This document shows positions 53,749 to 64,000 of a DNA stretch of 64,000 bases, one piece after another (the stretch's first letter is position 1; each line of letters starts with the position of its first letter). The stretch comes from Paramecium tetraurelia (taxonomy: Eukaryota), in contig CT868033.1 in assembly GCA_000165425.1 (NCBI GenBank), forward strand, positions 62,001-126,000. The letters run 5' to 3'. A program made the position numbers and the translations under genes. The notes beneath the pieces are model-generated. The model was not told where the DNA came from. It searched no databases and worked only from the letters and a program-made list of their open reading frames with translations.

Positions 53749-56421
53749 TCATTTAATTAATTATTCCCCCTACAAATTATTTCTGTCCTTTAGAATTTCC
53801 GCATTCAAGTCGATCACCTCAAGCCTATCCTTCCCCACCAGTCTTTGTATCTCTTCAACGATATTGTAAAATTTGACACCCAATTCAGGTCTCTCAAACT
53901 TATAGATAATCTTGGGTTTCTCAAAACATTTCCTAACAAATTCTCCATTCTCGTTCCACAATTGGAACTGGGTGACTGAGAGTTTCCATTGCTCACTTTT
54001 TCTCATGGGCATCTTCTCCAAGTACTTTAAAGTCTGCTGTACAGTGGGACTGAAATAGACACTCTCATTTCCGTATTGTTTAATTATTCTCCATTCTCTA
54101 CCAAATTAGGCCAGATCGATCCTGTGTTTCAATGGTCGGTCTACTGGATGAACTATAATAGAATGAGCATAGCAATTGTACTTGTTTTTAAGGATTCCTG
54201 ATTGATGATTTTGGCCAAAAGGGGAGCAAACTTTTGATCTGGTTGACCCTGATAAAGTAATCTTCCTAGATGATCAATGACCAAAATAGGAGAGATGGAA
54301 TCTAATCCATAGAGATCAGATAATATTTTATAAAAGTTGACTCCAAGAAACGATTGTTCAAGTGGAAACCATGCTTCAAAGATGCCTCTTTTCATTTCTT
54401 ATTCTAATCTATTCATTTACTTCTGAAATTGATCCTCGGATCTCCTCCTTTCCAATCCAATCACTCTAACATTTGAGCTATTCCATTGGTTACCCTTGAT
54501 GAACTCCAGCAACTGATGCAACAGTTCAATGTGTTTATCAAGAGTATAATCAATTAAAAATATAATGAGCACTTCACTATTAATTTGATGGATTGAGTGA
54601 ATCTAATCGTAATTCAAATCCACTTTATTATCGCCATCCCATCCTTAACTTAAATCAAATTGACTTTAATTGCTTTTGATTTATTCTGTTATTCCAAAAT
54701 GCTGATTCTGATCATCAACCGATTGATTCATTGATTGGACTAATTTGCTATCAAAAATTCCTTTGTTTGTAGGTCTAATGATAGATTGCATGATTTGACT
54801 ACTCCCAGAAAAGTCATTGTGTTGCATCTTATACGTGTTGGGGATTGGTGAGAAGAGAGTGCCAACATTGAACGAGGTTCTGATGATAAACGATAAATTG
54901 ATACTTCAAAGAATAGGGATTCCCAAAGAATTCTTTCATCAATTCCAATTCCTTGTGAGTGTAATTGTCAGATTAAGCAAATATGGATTTACCCAACTTC
55001 TGTAAGGCTTCTTTCCTGGAGTAGACACAACTTACAGATTGGGGAGCATTGTGGATTGAGGTTATATCTCTTTTCATTTCGAAACGTTTAGAAGTCTCTT
55101 CATACTAGATCTCGATGTTCTTCTCTAAGATGAATCTGATGTCCTCATATCCTATATTTCTATATAAATATCAGTAATACATTAGTTTTCGACTCAACTT
55201 TTCAAAGAATAGCTTTTTATTCACAGAATGATGTTGTTTGAAATCAGTTTCCATATGAGCAATAGGAGTGAAATCCTTTACATACTTAATCAAATCATCG
55301 CAATTTTATTGATATTTCTTGGATCCAGCAGCTTAGAAAATTGGATTGAAATATGTGGCTCCAACTTTGGAATAATCTCTAAAGTACGTGTGTTTTTTTA
55401 TGGATAGACTAAACGTATCTCCAATTGGCAATTTGTGTTTATTAGGTAATTCCTCGACTATTAGTTTCTTGACCTTCTGATAATCATCTTTTCTTATCTT
55501 CTACTTAATATTCGCGAGCTGATAGGCATCTTTTGGTTTGATCTCACCATCTATGATATCATTTATTTCATGGATGAATGAGTGATCTCCAAAGTTCTCC
55601 TTCAAACAACCTACAAAGACTCCCTTCGAATTTACTATGAAAATGGATTACTCCAACTACCGTGTCTAATAGTTGGGATCCTCTGCATACTTAAACACCT
55701 AGGCTGATTAATCATTCTCGTTTATCCATATGTGAGTGTCCTCCTGTGATATCACCTGCTCATACAGAGGTTTCCTGTCCTGACTATCCAAACAGATACC
55801 AACCAAGTGAAGTGGTCGCTTGATCGACTTCTTGGCTCTTATAAATGCAGTCTCCAAATAAGATTGGGATTCGTCATCAGCTCGAAACCGATTGCTAATG
55901 TTCCGAGTTTTGACCTATGACATCCTCCCTATCTTGATTTCCTCCTCCAATCTCCAGAACACAAATATTGTTACAACATTTTACTGAATTTAAAAACTTG
56001 TAATTTGATTACTTCCCAACTTCTCAGCTCTGAAGCTTGGGAATTGATCTCCCAAACTCAATAACATCCTTAAATGATTTAATCGTTTATACATACCCTA
56101 AATTTTTGGGGAAATCCTTGAACTCCTCTGGGTACAATTGTTTGAAATTGGTCAACCCCGATATCAAATTATCAAAATTATCAGGCAAACAAGGAGATAA
56201 CAGTACTGGATTCTACTCATTGAAAATTGATTTCGAATAATTCGATTGCCAACTCTTACTTCCCCTGCAATATTGAAATTCGTATTCAGTTATTTTCACA
56301 ACCTTACATTCTTTTATTTTCTTACCTGCGATCTCTTAAAACCATAATACTGACACTAATCGAAAAAACTCTTCATCCTTGGATTCTTTATTGTCCCATT
56401 TGTTATCTAAGTGCAACCCAT
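53749..56421 (-). CDS. Predicted acylated protein with two degenerate thioredoxin/redoxin-like domains
   Basis: N-terminus MGC. Domain 1: LGDQFPSF..VVTIFVFW..HLVGICLD..SIFIVNSKG. Domain 2: VLIIFLID..VRVIGL..LYGLDSISPILVIDHLGRLLYQG. Neither has CxxC. Confidence 0.6.
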
Positions 56422-56468
56422 TGTAATATTTAAATAATATATTAATATATATATATATATGAAACAAA

Positions 56469-57466
56469 TCACACATTAAGTAAAGATTTCATTCTCTTCC
56501 CCATCTCCTCATAGACATCCTAAACATTCATAGACACTCCTTCAGACCACATCGAATTCTTCACCTCCTCCATACTGAATCGCTTATCCGGGTTCGGATT
56601 GACCATTCTCAGGAAGAGTTCCCTCGCCTTAAATTACTTAATACTTGAAATCAAAGTGAAATTCAATCTTCTTCTAAGAATGAATCTCCCAAAATTATTT
56701 GTAGTCCTCCTGAATTATCAAATTGAATAGAGCATCCTATTAATTAGCTTTCAAAAAAGGGGGTTAACCCTTATACATGATGAACAATATCACTCCCAAA
56801 GAAAACACATCTGCCTTCACTCCATTGTATACTGCACCATACAACACTTCAGGTGCCTAGTAATCTTCATATGCATTTATTAATTATACTCTCAGTTCCC
56901 ACTTTGGTCTTCAATTTACCGTCCTTATATTTATTCTGATGTTGCGCACAAGAGAAATTGCATAATTTTAGATTAAATTTTCTATCTAATAATATTGACT
57001 CTAATTTTAAATTCCGATGAACAAATCCATTCTTATGTATAAAATCAACCACCTAAACCAATTACCGAAAGTAATAGCGACACAGACTCTCCCCAAAATG
57101 ACCAGACTTAGCTATGAATTCAAATAAATCGCCCTTTTCCAAATATTCCAAAATCAAACTATTCATTTCTCCTTGATCCCCCTATCAATAGGAACCTCAA
57201 CTAACCTGTAACTTTATTTGCTGGTTCCTTTTTATTGTTATTATGTTTGGATGGCTCAACTTTTCAAGGATGATGGCCTCATTGTGACATCTAATATCAC
57301 TATTAAGACAAGTATAAACTTTAGCCACATAATTGAGTTGTGAGGTCTTGTCCTACACAAGATAGATGCTTTTAAATAATTGAGATTGTTACTCAGCCAT
57401 AGATCCAGTTCCCAATTGCTTTATGAATTAGTAGCCATTCACCGTTGTACCAATTAATTGATCCAT
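56469..57466 (-). CDS. CAMK-family kinase, predicted catalytically inactive
   Basis: LGTGSMA, YVAK, LSHPN, VHRNLKLESILL (HRD to HRN), LCNFSCA (DFG to NFS), APE and DVFSLGV. Confidence 0.85.
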
Positions 57467-57570
57467 TAATATAAATATAAATTTTTGCTTACACATAATA
57501 TCATTTTTTAAATACTTAGGGAAAAAAACACAACAAGTGCTATCAATATTTTATTATAATTAAAATAAAA

Positions 57571-58218
57571 ATGAATAGTCAGACTAAGGATGATGAAAAA
57601 TACAAATAGTTTTAATGCAAAATATGTCTGGACCTAGCCACTGAGCCAGTTATCACTCCCTGTGGACATCTCTATTGTTGGCAGTGTCTCTATACTGTAA
57701 TTCATTAACTATATTATTAGTGGGCTTAAAAGAAGAATCCATTGCAATGTCCATATTGTTCAAATGTTTTCGAATTGGACAAAGTCACAACCATCTTCAC
57801 CGGAGACTCAAAAGAATCAAAGCAATCAGAAATCCCCAAAAGACCCACAAACCCAAGACAAGAATAGAACAATTCATCATAACAACAACAACAGAATTAG
57901 CCATTCGGAAACTTTTAATTTGGTTTTGGTTTTGGCATGCCGTTCATGATGATGTCCAATTTCAATTTCGGATAAGGACAACAAGGTAATGCAAGAAGTT
58001 TTATGATCGTTTTCTTTATTGGATTTTTCTTGATGAATTTCTTGCCCTTTATCACCTCCTCCATCCAAGAAATTCCACAACAGACCCAAAGACCGTCAAG
58101 GAGACACCAAGAAATATACGAAGACGACTAACTAACCAATTTTGGAATCAGCTTTTTGGCAATTATTCTTGGTTTTGCTGGCCTCAACTATTTGGCTAAC
58201 AAGATTTTGAACAAATGA
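57571..58218 (+). CDS. RING-HC E3 ubiquitin ligase, RNF5/RNF185/RMA-like membrane-anchored
   Basis: [45 protein letters not shown] and two C-terminal hydrophobic segments. Confidence 0.92.
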
Positions 58219-58895
58219 TAAACGTGTATATTTATGTTATGCAATCTCAATTTAAATTCAATTATACTATTTAAGTCTAAATAATTTATTTAATCAAAAA
58301 TATCATACAGAATTATTATAATATATTGTATTATTCAAATTTTATAACAATCTCATTAATATTCTAAAGTGCCTTATAAAATATTAATTGTATTGTTGTT
58401 TGACTACCTTATAAATTCAGATCATATTCACCATCACTACGGCTGCTTATCGTCTTTGAGAGTGTTTCCTTTAAAATTTTAGGTTCCAAGAGTTTTTTTC
58501 AAAATTCATAACTCTAAAAAGTGAAAGAAAAATTCAAAATGTTATCATATAAGTTTCATTCATTGAGAAGGATGTATAAATAATCAAAGTCTTTATATAA
58601 ATGTATAAATATGAATATCATAAATTCAAATATGGTTAGGGATCTAATGATCTCATTAAATCAAGTGTTTTATTAGTAAGTGTAGTTAGTCTTTTTCTAT
58701 ACGTATTATAGTTTATTTTTTTGTTCTTTTGTATTTTCTTTTACATAACTTCTATATTTTTCTATATCTCTTTTAAAAGTTTATCTTTCATAAATTCAAA
58801 TTAATAAAATATGAAAATACTTATAATTTATTCAGGTTAAATATCTAGATTGCATTATATTTTTATAATATGGAATATTATTGATTAATTAAATT

Positions 58896-60041
58896 ATGTA
58901 AATTCTGTTTACGCCAGGACCTCTCTTGACAACCAAAACTGTCAAAGAAGCTGCTCTAGTAGATATGGGTTCAAGAGATCCCAAATTTGTTTAGATTATT
59001 CAAAACATACGATCCACCTTGTTGAAATTATCGAATGTAGAGGAAAAGGATTACACAGCAGTAATTCTCTAAGGAAGTGGTACCTATGCTATTGAAGCTA
59101 CATTTCACACTGTCTTAAAAAGAGAAACCGATAAGTAATTCATATCCTCATAGTAGAGTACTTGTAGTCTCCAATGGAGCATACGGGGAGAGATAAGCCA
59201 AGATCTTGACTGCAATAAATAAGAAATTCGTCAAGCTCACCTATGACGAAAACCAAAAATGCGTAGTAGAAGATATCATTAAAGCCATCGAAGAGGATCC
59301 AACCATTACTCATTTGAGTATGGTACACTCTGAAACAACTTCAGGAATCATCAATGACATCGACTTTGTTCATAGATTAAGTAGAAGAGTCGTATTCATT
59401 TTGGATGCTGTCAGTTCATTTGGAGCTTATGAAATTCCAGTTTCCAAATTAAATATAGATTTCTTGATCTCCACAAGCAACAAAAATATTCAAGGATTAC
59501 CTGGCTTTGCCTTTGTCATCGCAAATAAATCAATCCTGACTTAATGCAAAGGCAATGCTGCTTCTTTGGTGCTCGATCTCTATGATCAAGAAGAATATAT
59601 GCTTAAAACCTAATAGTTCAGATTTACACCTCCTACACATGTATTGAGATGTTTTGAATGTGCACTTAAAGAATTTGAGGAGGAAGGCAGTATCAAAGGA
59701 AGATAAAAGAGATATACAGAATTATAATAATATTTATCCTAATAGATGCAAAGCTTAGGTTTTAAGTTATTTGTCGACCCAAAAGACTAAGGCTGCATTA
59801 TAACTACATTCCTCTTTCCGAAGGATCCTAATTTTAATTTTAACTGTATTAGATAATTCATTATGAATAGAATTTTATGATTACTTGGCAGCTAAAAATC
59901 TAATTATTTATCCAGGCAAAATGACTAAGGCAGAAACATTTAGAGTTGGATCTATCGGTGCCTTAACTATGGAGAATATGCATTAACTAATTGAAAGCCA
60001 TTAAAGCATTTATTGCAGAAACAAATTTATAAGTTTAATGA
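58896..60041 (+). CDS. phnW: 2-aminoethylphosphonate:pyruvate transaminase (PhnW-like, PLP class V)
   Basis: [68 protein letters not shown] (PLP Lys), FRFTPPTHV and [13 protein letters not shown]. Two introns and an apparent +1 frameshift near the end. Confidence 0.92.
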
Positions 60042-60403
60042 GAAATAAAAAGAGTTTTATTTTATTAAATTTTTATTATTATAATTATACCAATTATTAG
60101 AAATGACTTAGGATTTTAATGATAATAATTATTATAAATAGAAACTATTTTATTTCTAAAATTTAACTAACTCTTAATTCCAAAATAATGGTTTTCTTTT
60201 AATTTTTTGATATGAAAAAAAGAAAATATATATAAACATTAAGTCTCAACTAAATAAAGCAACATAAACCTATCACATAATAGGGTCTACTTCAATGACT
60301 TCTTTTTTTGATTTCAGAGTGAATATGAAATGGATATTCTATCTAGAGTTATTTCAAAGAAATTTGGTTAACATTGGGTTTGAATAAATAATTATTAAAT
60401 TTA

Positions 60404-63149
60404 ATGGAACCAGATCCCAAATTATTGTCTCTTTTAGAGAAGGTTAATAATCCAATAGAGTTGTTTAAAATACATATAACTGTGAAAGTAAAGTGGCAAT
60501 ACAATAATTATTAAAGGGAGTGTATGGATTTAGTGAAGATTGGAAATTAACAGATGAAACGAATCCAGGAATATTTGCAAATGTAGTTCGTTACTAAGGG
60601 GAAGATTTGTTTGGCAAGATCAAGGGTCGAGAATAGACAGAGAGAGAGAAGTTTGAGGAGTATTAGAAAAATAGTAAAAAGAATAAAAAGGACACTAAGA
60701 GTCCAGAAGAAGAAGAATAAATGAAGAAGGCATTGGCATTGGAGGAAGAGGAAGAGTAGAAAAAATAACAGCATTTGGGGACTCTATCAGAGCAAGATAA
60801 ATTATTTTTTATTTCAGAAGACAAATTCAAAACTATTAGCATTTAGTATGAGGAAACTCATACAGTCGAGGTGACTAATGTGCGTTAGTTGGAAGAAGAG
60901 ATTCTTGAAAGCAGAAATTACATTTATTTTATTCGATAGCCTGCAATCACAGAAGAAGAATTAGTTAAATTAAAGAAGGGTAAGACCAAGAATTTAAATA
61001 ATGCTGAATTAACTCAAATAATATTTAAGGGGGTTTTTGATTTGTCAGAATTATTAGAGCCTGGATGCACTCGTACAACAGTGAGGGCACTCTTAAAATA
61101 AGAAGAAAATGCAGATTGTCCTAAATATAATTGTGATAAGATGTATGTCAAAGTAGAAATTGAGACTGAACCTGCATTAACTCCCTTGGTTGAAGACATT
61201 CCAGTTTTGAATATCGAACCAATAGTAGTATAAAGAATACCAAGCAAATTCGAGTGTGTTGGCTAATTTCAAAGTAATCCTTAAGTTTTATTATTTCATA
61301 GGCGACATCAAAGAAGCCATGAAGGCATTGGATGAAGAATATTCTAAACTCTATCCAAGTGATCAAAAGGCTAAAGTAAGTGTGAATTTGACAGTCTAAA
61401 AAAGACAGGAGTTACAAAAGAAGAAAGAATCCTTCCTTAATGAAATTAATTAATCAGGAAAATACAAGATCCTTTAAGATAGATTAAGATCATCTATTAT
61501 TAGAGTCTGTATTGATAAATTTGCTAAGGAAGGACTGTTTGTTGGAGTTAACAAGGATGAATAAGACAGGTTGTTTGCAGAGCTTTATGTTTTTATGATG
61601 GAAGAAATGTAGACTACACTTGGAGAATATGTACTTAATAATAAGGAAGATATTCATGAAGACTTATACTCAACCTACGATTAAAATTAAAGAGATAGAG
61701 ACGTAGTATTCCAATCTTTGAAAGAATCGGCTTTTAAGAAATTCAAGAGATTTGCAGAGTAATATGAAACCATTAATCAAGTCGATTAGGCTTTAAAATA
61801 TTACACCAATATGGTCTTGGTGGATCCTAAATCAGCAACTATATTTGCTAAATATTGCTTCAAAATCCAGAGATTCAAAGCAGCCGAACAATTAATCTAA
61901 ATGGTTAGAGATATAGAATGGAATAAAGAAAATGAATTGTTGATGGCCTGTCTTTACATCAGAAGAGAACGGTACAAAGAAGCCACTAACATAGTTCAAT
62001 CTTTACTTCAAAAAGAGCCTATAAATACACTTTTCAATTTACTCATGGCCTTCATATACAAGCAGCAAGGGAATCAGAATATGGCTGACAAATATTCGAG
62101 ATGCACTCAAAGAATATTTATGAGAACCATGGGCTTGCTAACAAAAGGGTATGACTGTCTATATTTCTTTAAGATTTCCAAAACAATAACCAGATCCTCA
62201 CTTATTGCCAAATTTCAAATAACAAATGATTGAACAATAAGAAAAAGCCAAAAAGGCTCCAGTCTTGACTCCAGAATAGACAGATCAAATTCAATTAGAA
62301 TTAATTGAGTATTTCGCATCTCGCAGTTTATTTGATCTAGCAGAGAAAGCACTTATTAATATTAAAGACAAAACCACTCAAAAGATTAACATAATAAAGG
62401 CCTAGATTCATATCTTCAATGAAAACTATACAGATGCTTTGAGTTTAATTCAAAAAATCTTAAATCAAAATCCAAAAAATTATGAAGTCTACTTAATAAA
62501 AGGAGCTTTGTGTTATTAAACTGAGCAGTTTTATGAAGCAGAAGAGACTTTCTTAAAAGCTTTATCTATATAACAAAGGAAATCCTTTGATATCCTACTG
62601 AGATTGGGTTATTTGTATCTTAAACGTAAGTCTTGGCAAGACGCTAAGGCTATTTTTGAAAGGGCCTTAGATTAGTAAAATCCTTCAAATAGTTCCTTAA
62701 CTTGGTTAGGACTTGGAATTTCAAATCTAAGGTTAAAGGACCCAATAGCTGAGGAGTGCCTTTGTTAAGCAAGCATTCACGAACCGTTTAATGGTGAGGT
62801 TTGGGGATATTAGGCTCTAAACTGTTTATAATAGAAGAGAGGGTAATAGGCCAAACAATGCTTATTAAGAATGGAATAAACAGAAGTAAATGATTTAGAT
62901 TTATTGATTGAATTGGCAGAGGAGATGTACAAATGCCAAGATTATGAGAGTTGTCGATAAATATTAATGAGAGTCTATAATTCAAAAGTTAAGATACCTA
63001 ATATGGGTTTACTGTTAAAGAATCTGGGGTAAGTGCATGCAGAATTAAGAAGAAAAGAGGAAGCCAAATAATATTACGAAGAGTCATTAATATATTTAGA
63101 GAGTGCTAACGAAATAGAAAAAGTAAATTAAGAAATAAAGTTTTTATGA
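60404..63149 (+). CDS. CFAP70: Cilia- and flagella-associated protein 70-like TPR protein
   Basis: N-terminal beta-rich region, LKRLRSSIIRVCIDKF..LFAELYVFMMEEM motif and many C-terminal TPRs (LRLGYLYLKRKSWQDAK, TWLGLGIS, EVWGYQAL). Confidence 0.72.
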
Positions 63150-63607
63150 AGTTTTGCAACTTCATATATATATTTATCTATAAATGTAAATATTTTGTTA
63201 TCAAATAAAATCTAATAATCTCTTCTAAAATCGTATTTACAAACTCATTGTAATAAGAATAGAATGAAAAAGAATAGTATCAATTTGAATATTAAATTCT
63301 GTGACTAGCATATTACAGATTTATTTGAATTCAAAACATAAAATATAATCTATGAAAATAATTCTAATATGAAATCTAGAATGTCTTAGTGAATATTCAT
63401 AAGAACCAACTTAAACCTACATAAAGCTTATAGAAATTTGAAGAACATATAATTAATATAATAGAGTTATTTTCAATTGTAGATTATAATTTATTTTTAT
63501 GGATTTGAATTCTTAAATAGCTTGCATCAATAGAGAATAAAATTAATGACTAAATAATTATGGTTATCAGATGATTAGTTTAATTGGTATCATTCAATAT
63601 ATTAAAT

Positions 63608-64000
63608 TCATAAATCCCTGGCATCTTCGAAACTCAAGATAAATACAGTGTGAGGATAATAGCTGACACCTCTTTCGTCAGTCTTAAATTAATAAGAGAC
63701 TTGGCATGTAAAGCCAGAAGCATTCAAGACTCCCTTACCGAATTTTAATTATTTCATACTTTCAGAATTCCACACATAAATTATGCAGGTGAAATGTGCC
63801 CTTCTTCTGAGATGTACTTAAGAAGTAAGGGATTTTCATCTCTAATTAGATAATCATTGGGTCTGTCCTTTAATTTTTCAATGGACTCTGCTTGTCTCCC
63901 AAAGAGATGCTTCCAAAACTACGAATGCAGATGTAATATACAATTCCTTATATGAATCTCAATTGTTCCACTAATTTTGTTTCCCTCTTGTTTCTTTCTC
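63608..64000 (-). CDS. TRAPPC5: TRAPP complex subunit 5 (Trs31), 5' end outside window
   Basis: KRETKLVEQLRFIQGI|FWKHLFGRQAESIEK..YLIRDENPLLLKYIS..PAQFMCGILK|GVLNASGFTCQV. Two introns, TGA at 63608. Confidence 0.9.

Noticed and set aside
3881..56460. Short (TA)n runs near gene ends (around 3883, 18168, 28310, 56447)
   Set aside because: Ordinary low-complexity sequence in AT-rich spacers, with no IES or element boundaries I can demonstrate.
58219..58895. Possible ncRNA or gene in longer spacers (also 28282-28879, 63150-63607)
   Set aside because: No tRNA or snoRNA structure, telomeric repeat or convincing ORF was recognisable by eye.
7011..63149. Functional clustering of ciliary and Ca2+ genes (anoctamin, EF-hand, BK, BBS5, CFAP70)
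   Set aside because: They are interspersed with unrelated housekeeping genes, and such genes are abundant in ciliates.

Overview
This is AT-rich, gene-dense eukaryotic DNA from a ciliate, almost certainly a Paramecium macronuclear chromosome. Conserved genes read through only if TAA/TAG = Gln and TGA is the sole stop. They are split by tiny (about 20-28 nt) GT..AG introns and separated by spacers as short as 10-30 bp. The supplied ORF track treats TAA/TAG as stops, so it fragments genes and many of its entries are antisense shadows. I re-translated by hand with the ciliate code and found about 33 protein genes. These include a USP deubiquitinase, VPS4, an F-box protein, a cyclin, an anoctamin, DUF1772, FKBP-TPR, CRAL-TRIO, CysRS, a BK/Slo K+ channel, a secretory-granule beta/gamma-crystallin protein, a dienelactone hydrolase, BBS5, TSR1, a PP4R4-like protein, a RING ligase, a PhnW-type 2-aminoethylphosphonate transaminase, CFAP70 and TRAPPC5, plus kinases/pseudokinases and probable decayed genes. 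The most striking feature is a tandem pair of 615-669 aa genes, each with four consecutive 2/2 (group I truncated) haemoglobin-like domains that keep the proximal His. I saw no tRNA, rRNA, CRISPR array or recognisable transposon. All family assignments come from motif recognition, not database searches, and splice sites were placed by eye.
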